Source: Gemmatimonadales bacterium (GTDB taxonomy: Bacteria > Gemmatimonadota > Gemmatimonadetes > Gemmatimonadales > GWC2-71-9). From it: a stretch of DNA of 44,717 nucleotides. The position numbers were made by a program, and so were the translations under genes. Numbering within the stretch: position 1 is the first letter of the stretch; the number at the start of each line of letters is the position of its first letter. The notes under the pieces were generated by a model that searched no databases, was not told where the DNA came from, and saw nothing but the letters and a program-made list of their open reading frames with translations. Positions 8,542 through 18,460 of this stretch are shown in pieces. The stretch covers positions 1-44,717 of the forward strand of contig JBBQDU010000002.1 of assembly GCA_038320055.1 (NCBI GenBank), given 5' to 3'.

Positions 8542-8558
8542 TGTCGTGAATCACGACA
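8542..8558. promoter_or_regulatory. perfect 17-bp palindrome (candidate operator/activator site)
   Basis: TGTCGTG-AAT-CACGACA has 7-bp perfect arms and lies 10 nt upstream (gene orientation) of the sigma54-like -24 box. Its core CGTGAATCAC recurs at 3633-3642. Confidence 0.35.
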
Positions 8559-8772
8559 CCTGCCACCTACTCAAGCCCAACAACCATAACGCACTGGAAG
8601 AATTATGGCAAATATTTGACACCGCCGTGCTCGACCATCAAGTGTGGCGGACGGGCCATAATTCCCCATTGAATCTCTCCTACCGGTGCGTTCCCGTCGA
8701 GAGGGCCCTACCGTACCGACCTCGGCGGTTGACGCCCCGCCGGGGTCCTAACTATTTTTGCGGGCTGTAATT

Positions 8773-9726
8773 ATGACGGATTTATCGCTGTCGCGCAGCC
8801 AGATGCTGCTCCTGAGTGGGTCGGCCAACCGAGCGCTGGCCGAAGAGTTGGCCGCCCACCTCGGGCAGCCGCTCTGTCAGGTCACGCTCCGGCGGTTCGC
8901 CGATGGCGAGTTGTTCGTCAAGATCGACGAGAACGTTCGCGGCCGGGACGTCTACATCGTCCAGCCCACCAATCCGCCGGCCGAGAACATGATGGAGCTG
9001 CTGCTCCTCATGGACGCCGCCAAGCGGGCCAGTGCGGCGCGGGTCACCGCGGTCATTCCCTATTTCGGGTATGCGAGGCAGGACCGGAAGGATCAGCCGA
9101 GGGTGGCCATCAGCGCCAAGCTCATGGCCAACATGGTCTCGATGGCGGGCGCCGACCGCGTGCTGGCGATGGACTTCCACCAGCACCAGCTGCAGGGCTT
9201 CTTCGATCTGCCGGTCGATCACCTGTACGCGGCGCCGGTGTTCGTGAGCCATTACCGGCAGAAGCAGCTGCACGATCCCGTCGTCGTGGCCCCCGACGTC
9301 GGTTCGGCCAAGATGGCGCGCGGCTTCGCCAAGCGGCTCAACGCGTCGCTCGCCATCATCGACAAGCGACGTCCCTCGGCCAATGTCGCCGAGGTGCTGA
9401 ACGTCGTCGGCGAGGTCAACAATCGGGACTGCCTCATTCCCGACGACATGATCGACACCGCGGGGACCATGGCGGAAGCGGTCACCGCGCTCAAACGGCT
9501 CGGCGCGCGCGACATTTATTGCTGCGCAACTCATGCGCTGCTCTCGGGGCCGGCGGTGGACCGGCTGATGGCCTCGCCGGTCAAGGAAGTGGCGGTCACC
9601 AACACGATCGCGATTCCGGACGAGCGGCGGTTCGACCGTCTTCGGGTTCTTTCGATCGCCGGCCTTCTGGCCAAGGCGATCGGCTACACGCACAGCGACC
9701 AGTCGGTGAGCTCGCTGTTCGACTGA
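8773..9726 (+). CDS. prs: ribose-phosphate pyrophosphokinase
   Basis: Full-length match by eye to Prs: LLLSGSANRALAEELAAHLG, YFGYARQDRK, and the PRPP-binding loop CLIPDDMIDTAGT. ATG 8773 is preferred over the TTG at 8758 used by the ORF track. Confidence 0.95.
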   Translation: MTDLSLSRSQMLLLSGSANRALAEELAAHLGQPLCQVTLRRFADGELFVKIDENVRGRDVYIVQPTNPPAENMMELLLLMDAAKRASAARVTAVIPYFGYARQDRKDQPRVAISAKLMANMVSMAGADRVLAMDFHQHQLQGFFDLPVDHLYAAPVFVSHYRQKQLHDPVVVAPDVGSAKMARGFAKRLNASLAIIDKRRPSANVAEVLNVVGEVNNRDCLIPDDMIDTAGTMAEAVTALKRLGARDIYCCATHALLSGPAVDRLMASPVKEVAVTNTIAIPDERRFDRLRVLSIAGLLAKAIGYTHSDQSVSSLFD

Positions 9727-9750
9727 CGCTTCACGCGAAGGATCGGCATC

Positions 9751-10416
9751 ATGGCACAACAGGCAAATCTGCAGGTGGTCTCGCGCGCCACGAGGGGCAA
9801 GGGCGCGGCCCGCACTCTCCGCCGCGAGGGGAAGGTCCCCGGCGTCATCTACGGGCACGGGCGCGACGCCGAATCGGTGACCGTCGATGCAACCGCGCTG
9901 TCCCGCATGCTGGTCGGCATCAGCGCGGGCACCACCATTCTGGACGTGGCGGTGGATGATCGGGCGCCCGTCAAGGCGCTCATCCGCGAGATCCAGCGCG
10001 ACTCCCTCCGCCCCGCGGTGATCATTCACCTCGACCTGTACGAGGTCCGCGGCGACGAGGAGATCACGCTCGAGGTGCCGGTGCGCCTGATCGGCGTGCC
10101 CGACGGCGTCCGGAATTTCGGCGGCGTGCTCGACCACGTGCTCCGCGAGCTGGAAATCGAAGTGTTGCCGAGCGACATCCCGGAACACGTGGACCTCGAC
10201 GTGACTGCCCTGGCCATCGGCCACTCGCTCTTCGTCCGGGACGTCACGATTCCGAAGGCGCGCGTGCTGAACGATCCCGACACGGCGATCTGCACCGTCG
10301 TGGCCCCGCGGACCGAAGAGGCCCCCGCCGTCGTCGAGGAAGCCGCCACGGCCGAGCCCGAGCTCATCCGGAAGCCGAAGGCGGAGGACGGGGACGAGAC
10401 CGACGAGAAGGACTGA
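9751..10416 (+). CDS. rplY: 50S ribosomal protein L25/general stress protein Ctc
   Basis: N-terminus RGKGAARTLRREGKVPGVIYGHG and an acidic C-terminal tail fit the Ctc form of L25. It occupies the conserved prs-rplY-pth position. Confidence 0.9.
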   Translation: MAQQANLQVVSRATRGKGAARTLRREGKVPGVIYGHGRDAESVTVDATALSRMLVGISAGTTILDVAVDDRAPVKALIREIQRDSLRPAVIIHLDLYEVRGDEEITLEVPVRLIGVPDGVRNFGGVLDHVLRELEIEVLPSDIPEHVDLDVTALAIGHSLFVRDVTIPKARVLNDPDTAICTVVAPRTEEAPAVVEEAATAEPELIRKPKAEDGDETDEKD

Positions 10417-10419
10417 CCC

Positions 10420-11004
10420 CTGCACGTCATCGTCGGGCTGGGCAACCCCGGCCCCGAGTACGACGAAACCCGGCACAATGCCGGGTTTCGATTGGCCGAC
10501 CACCTTGCCTCCCGCTGGCGGCTCGGCGCGTTCAAGCGCGGCGAGCGCGCGCGGCAGGTGGAAGGGTCGCACGACGGCCGACCGGTGCGCCTGCTCAAAC
10601 CCCAGACGTACATGAACCGGAGCGGGGCCGCCCTGGCGCCGCTTCGGGCGCTCCCGGCGTTCGATCCGGCCACGGACCTGCTCGTGCTGGTGGACGACGT
10701 GGCCCTGCCGGTGGGCACCTTCCGCCTGCGCGGCGCGGGGTCGGCCGGGGGCCACAACGGCCTCAAGAGCATCGAGGGAACGCTCCAGCGGCGCGACTAT
10801 GCGCGGCTTCGCATCGGGGTGGGTCCCGTCCCGGTGGGCCTTCCCGACCTGGCCGACTTCGTCCTCGGGGAGTTCGAGCCCGAGGAGCGGCGGCTGGTGG
10901 ACGCGTTACTGGATCCCATGGCCGAGTCGGCGGAGTGCTGGCTGGCCGAAGGCATCGAGCGGGCCATGTCCCGCTTCAACCGTGGAACCCCGAGCCAAGG
11001 ATGA
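10420..11004 (+). CDS. pth: peptidyl-tRNA hydrolase (start inferred at CTG; see finding)
   Basis: Conserved Pth N-terminus (L)[22 protein letters not shown] is encoded at 10420-10491, upstream of the first canonical start (TTG 10492). An AAGGA lies 7 nt before CTG 10420. The rest matches Pth (GHNGLKSI). Confidence 0.85.
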   Translation: MHVIVGLGNPGPEYDETRHNAGFRLADHLASRWRLGAFKRGERARQVEGSHDGRPVRLLKPQTYMNRSGAALAPLRALPAFDPATDLLVLVDDVALPVGTFRLRGAGSAGGHNGLKSIEGTLQRRDYARLRIGVGPVPVGLPDLADFVLGEFEPEERRLVDALLDPMAESAECWLAEGIERAMSRFNRGTPSQG

Positions 11005-11008
11005 CGAC

Positions 11009-13066
<2,058 letters not shown>

Positions 13067-13081
13067 GCCGGATCCACCGCC

Positions 13082-14179
13082 ATGTTGCGACTCGGCATCG
13101 TCGGCCTCCCCAACGTGGGCAAGTCGACGCTCTTCAACGCCCTCACCGCCGCCAAGGCGCTGGTGGCGAACTACCCGTTCGCCACCATCGAGCCCAACAC
13201 CGGCATCGTGCAGGTGCCCGATCCGCGGCTCGATGCGCTGGCGGGCATCGTGAGCCCGGAACGCACCGTCCCGGCGGTCGTGGAGTTCGTGGACATCGCC
13301 GGCCTGGTCAAGGGCGCGAGCGAGGGCGAGGGACTCGGTAACCAGTTCCTCGCGACCATCCGCGAGGTGGATGCGATCGTCCACGTCGTGCGCTGCTTCG
13401 AGGATCCCGACGTCCAGCACGTCATGGGGCCGGTGGACCCGGTCCGGGACCGGGAGATCATCAACATCGAGCTCGGCCTGGCCGACCTCGCCAGCGCGGA
13501 GAAGCGCTTCGACAAGTCCGCGCGCACCGCCAAGTCCGGCGACCCGCAGGCCAAACTCGAGCAGCGGGTGCTCGGCACGGTGCGGGACGCGCTCGCCGCT
13601 GGCCGGCCGGCCCGGTCCGTCACGCCGACCGGTGACGACGCAGCCGCGTTTCAAAGCTTCAATCTGCTGACGGCCAAGCCGGTCCTGTACGCGGCGAACG
13701 TGTCGGAGGGCGACGTGGCCACCGGCAACGCTCACGTCGAGGCCCTGCGCCAAGCGCTGGCGGCGGACGCCGAGGTGGCGGAAGTCGTCCCCTTCTCCGC
13801 CAAGGTCGAGGCCGAGCTGGCTGAGCTGGCCCCCGAGGACCGGGCCGAGTTCCTCGAATCGCTCGGCCTCGACGCCTCGGGGCTGGATCGGCTGGCCCAT
13901 GCCGCGTACCACCTGCTGGGCCTGCAGAGCTACTTCACGGCAGGCGAGAAGGAAGTGCGGGCCTGGACCATCCACCGGGGCGACCGCGCTCCCACGGCCG
14001 CCGGCGTGATTCACTCCGACTTCGAGAAGGGGTTCATTCGCGCCGAGACCGTGTCCTACGACGACTTCGTCCGGGTGAGCGGGTGGAAAGCCGCCCGCGA
14101 GCAGGGGCTCGCCAGGGCAGAGGGCAAGGAATACGTCGTCCGCGACGGCGACGTCATGCTGTTCCGCTTCAGCAACTGA
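13082..14179 (+). CDS. ychF: redox-regulated ATPase YchF (Obg-family GTPase-like)
   Basis: [23 protein letters not shown]-loop, [10 protein letters not shown], and a C-terminal TGS-like GFIRAE...[11 protein letters not shown]. Confidence 0.95.
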   Translation: MLRLGIVGLPNVGKSTLFNALTAAKALVANYPFATIEPNTGIVQVPDPRLDALAGIVSPERTVPAVVEFVDIAGLVKGASEGEGLGNQFLATIREVDAIVHVVRCFEDPDVQHVMGPVDPVRDREIINIELGLADLASAEKRFDKSARTAKSGDPQAKLEQRVLGTVRDALAAGRPARSVTPTGDDAAAFQSFNLLTAKPVLYAANVSEGDVATGNAHVEALRQALAADAEVAEVVPFSAKVEAELAELAPEDRAEFLESLGLDASGLDRLAHAAYHLLGLQSYFTAGEKEVRAWTIHRGDRAPTAAGVIHSDFEKGFIRAETVSYDDFVRVSGWKAAREQGLARAEGKEYVVRDGDVMLFRFSN

Positions 14180-14282
14180 CCCCTTTCTCACGGCGGGGCG
14201 CCCCTCTATCTTTGGGGGCTGTCACATCAATCCTCCTCGGCGCCCACACCGGCCCGGGGCTCTTCGACCGAAGGAAGGTGTC

Positions 14283-14624
14283 ATGCCCCGTCTCTACGAG
14301 GTGGTCTATATCTTCGACAGTGCGCTCGAGGAAGAGGCCATCAACGAGCGCCTCACGCGCTTTCACGCCCTTCTCCAGCGCCCCGAAGGCGAGCCCCCGC
14401 AGGTCAACCACTGGGGCAAGCGGTCGCTGGCCTATCCCATCAACCGGCACGAGACGGGCTACTACGTCGTCGCCAAATTCGACGCCGAGCCCACGGCGTT
14501 ACCCGAGTTCGAGCGCGCCATCAAGCTCGACGAGGGCGTGCTCCGGTTTCTCGTGGTGGTCAACGAAGGCGCCCAGCCGGTGCCCGTAACGGCCGGCAAG
14601 AGCGAGGAGGAGGACGACGAATGA
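14283..14624 (+). CDS. rpsF: 30S ribosomal protein S6
   Basis: [13 protein letters not shown] ... [10 protein letters not shown] with an acidic tail. Its stop overlaps the rpsR ATG (ATGA at 14621-14624). Confidence 0.95.
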   Translation: MPRLYEVVYIFDSALEEEAINERLTRFHALLQRPEGEPPQVNHWGKRSLAYPINRHETGYYVVAKFDAEPTALPEFERAIKLDEGVLRFLVVVNEGAQPVPVTAGKSEEEDDE

Positions 14625-14842
14625 GACGGCCCCAGAAAACCTGCGCGATCTGCGAGAGCGGCGTCCGGGTCGTCGACTACAAGGACGAGCGGACGTTGTC
14701 CCGTTTCCTCACCGAGCGCGGCAAGATCCTGCCGAGCCGGCTCTCGGGCACTTGCGCCCGGCATCAACGCCAGCTGAGTACCGCCATCAAGCGGGCCCGT
14801 GAGTTGGCCCTGTTGCCTTACATCAAGGGTTTCGTCGGCTGA
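14621..14842 (+). CDS. rpsR: 30S ribosomal protein S18
   Basis: VDYKD...[38 protein letters not shown] is the canonical S18 sequence. Confidence 0.95.
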   Translation: MRRPQKTCAICESGVRVVDYKDERTLSRFLTERGKILPSRLSGTCARHQRQLSTAIKRARELALLPYIKGFVG

Positions 14843-14871
14843 CCTCGAGCCGCCCGGCGGGATGGGGACCG

Positions 14872-15759
14872 GTGTTGGCGCTGGCCGGCTACCTGCTGTT
14901 CGCCCCGCCGGTTTTCGTGTTCGGCCCCCTCGCGGGGCTGCTGCTCCTCTCCCGGCCGGCGACCCTGCGGGAATGGGCGTGGGTCGTCGGCGCGGCCGTC
15001 TGGTCGCTCCTGTGGCTGCAGCAGATCGGCGGCCTCGGCGCCCAGGTGACGCGCGCCGGCGCGGTGCTCCTGTGCGGCACGTTCCTGGCGCTCACGCTGT
15101 GGCAGCCCTCGAACGGCGTGGGACGCGCTCTGGCGGCCACCGCCACGGCCGCGGCCGCCCTGGTCACCTGGATGTGGCGTCTCGGCATCGGCTGGTCGCA
15201 GCTGGTCACGGGAGTGGATCACGATCTCGGAACGTATCAGACCGCCTTCCGAGAGCAGTGGCGGAACGCGGGCGCGCCGCAGGAGCTGCTCGACCAGATC
15301 GCGGAGACCATGCATTCGGTCTCGCAGTTGTACCCGGCGCTGCTGGCCATCGCGGGCATCGCCGGTCTCCGACTCGCGTGGGCATGGTATCACCGTTTGG
15401 CGACCCGCCCGATGGGGCCGCCCCCCGCGCCGTTTCGGTCATTTGGGTTCAACGATCAGTTGATCTGGGGCTGGATCGGCGCCCTGCTGCTCACGCTGGT
15501 GCCGGTCGCGGAGCCCTGGCGCCTGGCGGGGGCCAACCTGCTCCTGGTGCTGGGCGCGCTGTACGCGGCCCGCGGCCTGGCCGTCTTCGTGACGCAATCG
15601 GGGCGCCTGGCGGGTGCGGGAGGCGTGGTGCTGGTCCTGATCGCCATCTTTCTCTTGCCGTTCGTCGTGGGCGGGCTCACGCTGTTGGGGCTCGCCGATA
15701 CCTGGCTAGATTTCCGGCGTCGGTCACAGACGCCGACCACGGGAGGATTCGACCGATGA
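14872..15759 (+). CDS. DUF2232 (YybS-like) integral membrane protein
   Basis: 295-aa polytopic protein in the conserved slot between rpsR and rplI. The C-terminal LGLADTWLDFRRR resembles the YybS family end. Its stop overlaps the rplI ATG. Confidence 0.7.
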   Translation: MLALAGYLLFAPPVFVFGPLAGLLLLSRPATLREWAWVVGAAVWSLLWLQQIGGLGAQVTRAGAVLLCGTFLALTLWQPSNGVGRALAATATAAAALVTWMWRLGIGWSQLVTGVDHDLGTYQTAFREQWRNAGAPQELLDQIAETMHSVSQLYPALLAIAGIAGLRLAWAWYHRLATRPMGPPPAPFRSFGFNDQLIWGWIGALLLTLVPVAEPWRLAGANLLLVLGALYAARGLAVFVTQSGRLAGAGGVVLVLIAIFLLPFVVGGLTLLGLADTWLDFRRRSQTPTTGGFDR

Positions 15760-16202
15760 TCGAAGTGATCCTGCGCGAGGACGTCAAGTCGCTCGGCAAG
15801 GCCGGCGAAATGGTCCGGGTAAAGCCGGGCTACGCGCGGAATTTTCTCCTGCCCCACGGGCTCGCCTTCGAGGCCACCGAGGGGAACAAGCGGCGCATCG
15901 AGGCCCAGACCCGAGCGCGCGGCGTGCGGGACCAGGCCGAGCGGACGGAGGCGGAGCGGTTCGCGGCGAAGCTGGGCGGCGTGACGCTCACTCTGACCGG
16001 CAAGGCCGGGGAGGAGGGCAAGCTGTTCGGCTCGATCACCGCGCAGGACGTGGCCGACGCGCTGGCGGCGGAGGGGCATGTGGTGGACCGCCGGCGGATC
16101 GAGCTCGAGCACCCCATCAAGACCCTCGGGCAGCACACGGTGGCGGTGCGCCTCCACCCGGACGTCCAGGCCGAGGTCCGCGTCGCGGTCGTCGCGGAGT
16201 AA
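15756..16202 (+). CDS. rplI: 50S ribosomal protein L9
   Basis: MIEVILREDVKSLGKAGEMVRVKPGYARNFLLPHGLA is the canonical L9 N-domain. It is embedded in the longer ORF-track ORF 14799..16202; the ATG at 15756 overlaps the upstream TGA. Confidence 0.95.
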   Translation: MIEVILREDVKSLGKAGEMVRVKPGYARNFLLPHGLAFEATEGNKRRIEAQTRARGVRDQAERTEAERFAAKLGGVTLTLTGKAGEEGKLFGSITAQDVADALAAEGHVVDRRRIELEHPIKTLGQHTVAVRLHPDVQAEVRVAVVAE

Positions 16203-16224
16203 GCCGCTGCCGACGACCGCCGGC

Positions 16225-18098
16225 ATTGCGTACGTCGACGGCCCTCGGCTGGCGCGCGCGGTCTACGCCGCGGCGGATTGGGTGGCGGCGGGACGCGACG
16301 AGATGAACCGGATCAACGTTTTCCCCGTCCCCGATGGCGACACCGGCACCAACTTCAGTCTGACCCTCCGCGCCGTCGCCGACGCCCTCCGGGCGCTCGG
16401 CGACGCTTCGCTTCCGGACACCGCGCGCGGCATGGCCCGCGCCGCCGTGCTCGGGGCCCGCCGCAACTCCGGGATGATGGTCGCCCACTTCCTCCATGGC
16501 TTCGCCGACTCGCTCGGCGAGCCCCCACCGCCGCCGTGCCCGAGATCGCCGCCGCCATCCGGCAGGGTGCCGACCGGCTGGAGGGGTCGGTCGACGACCC
16601 GCGCGAAGGCACCATCCTGACCGTGGTCCGCGAAGCCGCGGACGCCGCCCAACGGGCCGCCGCGGCGACCAGGGACATCGGCGCGTTCATGTCCCGGCTC
16701 CTGGGTAAAGCCGAGGCGTCGCTTGCGCGGACCCCCGAGCTGATGGCAGTCCTCTGGGAGGCCGGCGTAGTCGACGCCGGCGGCATGGGCTTCGTCCGCA
16801 TGCTCGACGGGGTGGTCCGCTATATCGAGGGAGACGTACGCCTCTCGCTGCCCGCGCCCAGCGATCGGCCGGACCTCGCGGTAGCCGTCCCGGCAGCCGC
16901 CGTCGAGATTGCGGCGGAACGCGATTATCAGTTCTGCACCGAGGTGGTGGTACGTGGCGAGGGGCTTCCCAGCGCCGATGAGGTCCGGACGGCCTTGCAC
17001 GGCGTCGGCAGCTCCGTGGGCGTGGCCGTGCTGGCGGACATTCTCAAGATCCATGTGCACACCGATACCCCCGAGACCGTCTTTACGTATGCGGCGCGCT
17101 GGGGGCGCGTGGAAACCACCAAGGCCGACGACATGCGGGCCCAGCACAGGCGCCTCGCCCACCCCGACCGTCGTCCGGTCTCCGTCGTGACCGACAGCTC
17201 CGCCGATTTGACCGACGGCGTCCTCGAGCGGCACCACATTGCCCTCGTGCCGCTACAGGTGGTGTTCGGCGACGAGTCGTTCCGCGACCGGTTCGAGCTG
17301 CCGCCCGACGAGTTCTACCGGCGTCTCCGTGTGGGCCCCCACCTGCCGACGACGTCCCAGCCCACGCCGGCCGAGTTCACTCGGGTGCTGCGGGACGCAC
17401 GGAGCGGGGCCGACGAAGTGGTCGGCGTGTTCTTGTCGAGCCGCCTTTCCGGCACCTACGGGTCGGCGCAGACCGCGGTGCGGTCCGCCGGCATTTCCGG
17501 CGCGCATCTGGTGGACAGCCGAAGCGCCTCGCTCGGCGTGGGCCTGCTGGCGCTTCGCGGGGCGGAGCTGGCCGAGGCCGGCTGGCGCGGCGCGGAGATC
17601 GTCCGGGAGCTGGAGCGGGTGCGGGACCAGTCGGGGATGCTGCTGACCGTCGACCGGTACGACGTCCTGTTGCGGTCGGGTCGCGTCTCCCGTGGCAAGG
17701 CGTGGCTGGCGGGTATGCTGGACGTCAGGCCGATCCTGACGCTCGACGCCGAGGGACGCGTGATCCCCGCGGACAGGGTCCGGGGGCGGGTCCAGATGAT
17801 GCCGAGGGTGCTCGCGCTGCTCGAGCAGCGCCTCACGCCGCGCCCGACCGTGGTAAGGTTCGGGGTCGTGCATACCCAGGCAGCCGCGGCGGCGGAGCGG
17901 GTGCGGGCGGCCCTGGAGGCCGCGTACCGGCCGCGCCACTGTTTCGTGACCCTGGCGACCGGCGTCCTGGGCGCCCATGTGGGCGAGGGTGCCTGGGCGA
18001 TCTTCTATCAGGTCGAGGACGGTACCCCCGCCCGGCTCGACCCGGCCGCGGCGGGGACCGAGGAATCGAACGAGATGCAGGCAAGGAACGACCGGTGA
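16225..18098 (+). CDS. DAK2 (FakA-like kinase) domain fused to a DegV (FakB-like) fatty-acid-binding domain; reading frame broken by an apparent 1-nt deletion near 16522-16527
   Basis: Frame 1 (to ~16526) encodes YVDGPRLARAVYAAADWVAAGRDEMNRINVFPVPDGDTGTN ... GARRNSGMMVAHFLHGFADSLGE. Frame 0 continues with TAAVPEIAAAIRQGADRLEGSVDDPREGTILTV (contiguous DAK2 domain), a YloV-like middle region (FCTEVVV...KIHVHTDTP), then DegV motifs (VSVVTDSSADL, TTSQPTP, SSRLSGTYGSA). The start is uncertain: ATT 16225, CTG 16207, GTG 16282 or ATG 16078. Confidence 0.8.
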
Positions 18099-18448
18099 CG
18101 CCGCGAATCCCGGAGGCGCTACGTCTGGCTCTGGACGCCATTGCCGATCTGAAGGGCAGTCAGCTGGTGGTACTCGACCTGCGAGGGCTGACGGAGGCCA
18201 CTGATTTCTTCGTCATCGCGTCCGGCACCTCGGACGCGCACGTCCGCGGCATCGCCGAGTCGGTCGTGCAGAAGCTCGATCGCCAGGGCCACCACACGCA
18301 TCACGTCGAAGGGCTGACCGGTGGACGGTGGGTCCTGCTCGATTTCGTGGACTTCGTGGTTCACCTGTTCCATCCGGATACCCGCTCGTTCTATCAGCTC
18401 GAGCGCCTCTGGAACGACGCACCGGAGCTCCTCATCAGCTCCACCTAG
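18095..18448 (+). CDS. rsfS: ribosome silencing factor RsfS (iojap-like)
   Basis: LDAIADLKGSQLVVLDLRGL...DFFVIASGTSDAHVRGIAESV...W.LLDF.DFVVHLFHP..R.FY.LE.LW matches RsfS. The GTG at 18095 overlaps the upstream TGA (GTGA). Confidence 0.9.
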   Translation: MTPRIPEALRLALDAIADLKGSQLVVLDLRGLTEATDFFVIASGTSDAHVRGIAESVVQKLDRQGHHTHHVEGLTGGRWVLLDFVDFVVHLFHPDTRSFYQLERLWNDAPELLISST

Positions 18449-18460
18449 GCTGAGGCCGCC

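Noticed and set aside
8729-8758. TTGACG-18 nt-TATTTT promoter candidate upstream of prs
   Set aside because: The spacer is 18 nt, and the -10 box ends only about 14 nt before the ATG, leaving almost no leader. It is plausible but too weak to list as a feature.
8782-10755. 657-aa minus-strand ORF antisense to prs-rplY-pth
   Set aside because: The translation is Arg/Gly/Ala/Pro-rich and low in complexity, with no recognisable motifs. It lies fully antisense to three well-supported conserved genes. This is the usual stop-codon-poor antisense artefact of GC-rich DNA.
14283-14842. Absence of ssb/priB between rpsF and rpsR as an anomaly
   Set aside because: Direct rpsF-rpsR adjacency is common in many phyla, so it is not unusual. 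I also could not convincingly fold an S6:S18-binding leader motif in 14180-14282 by eye.
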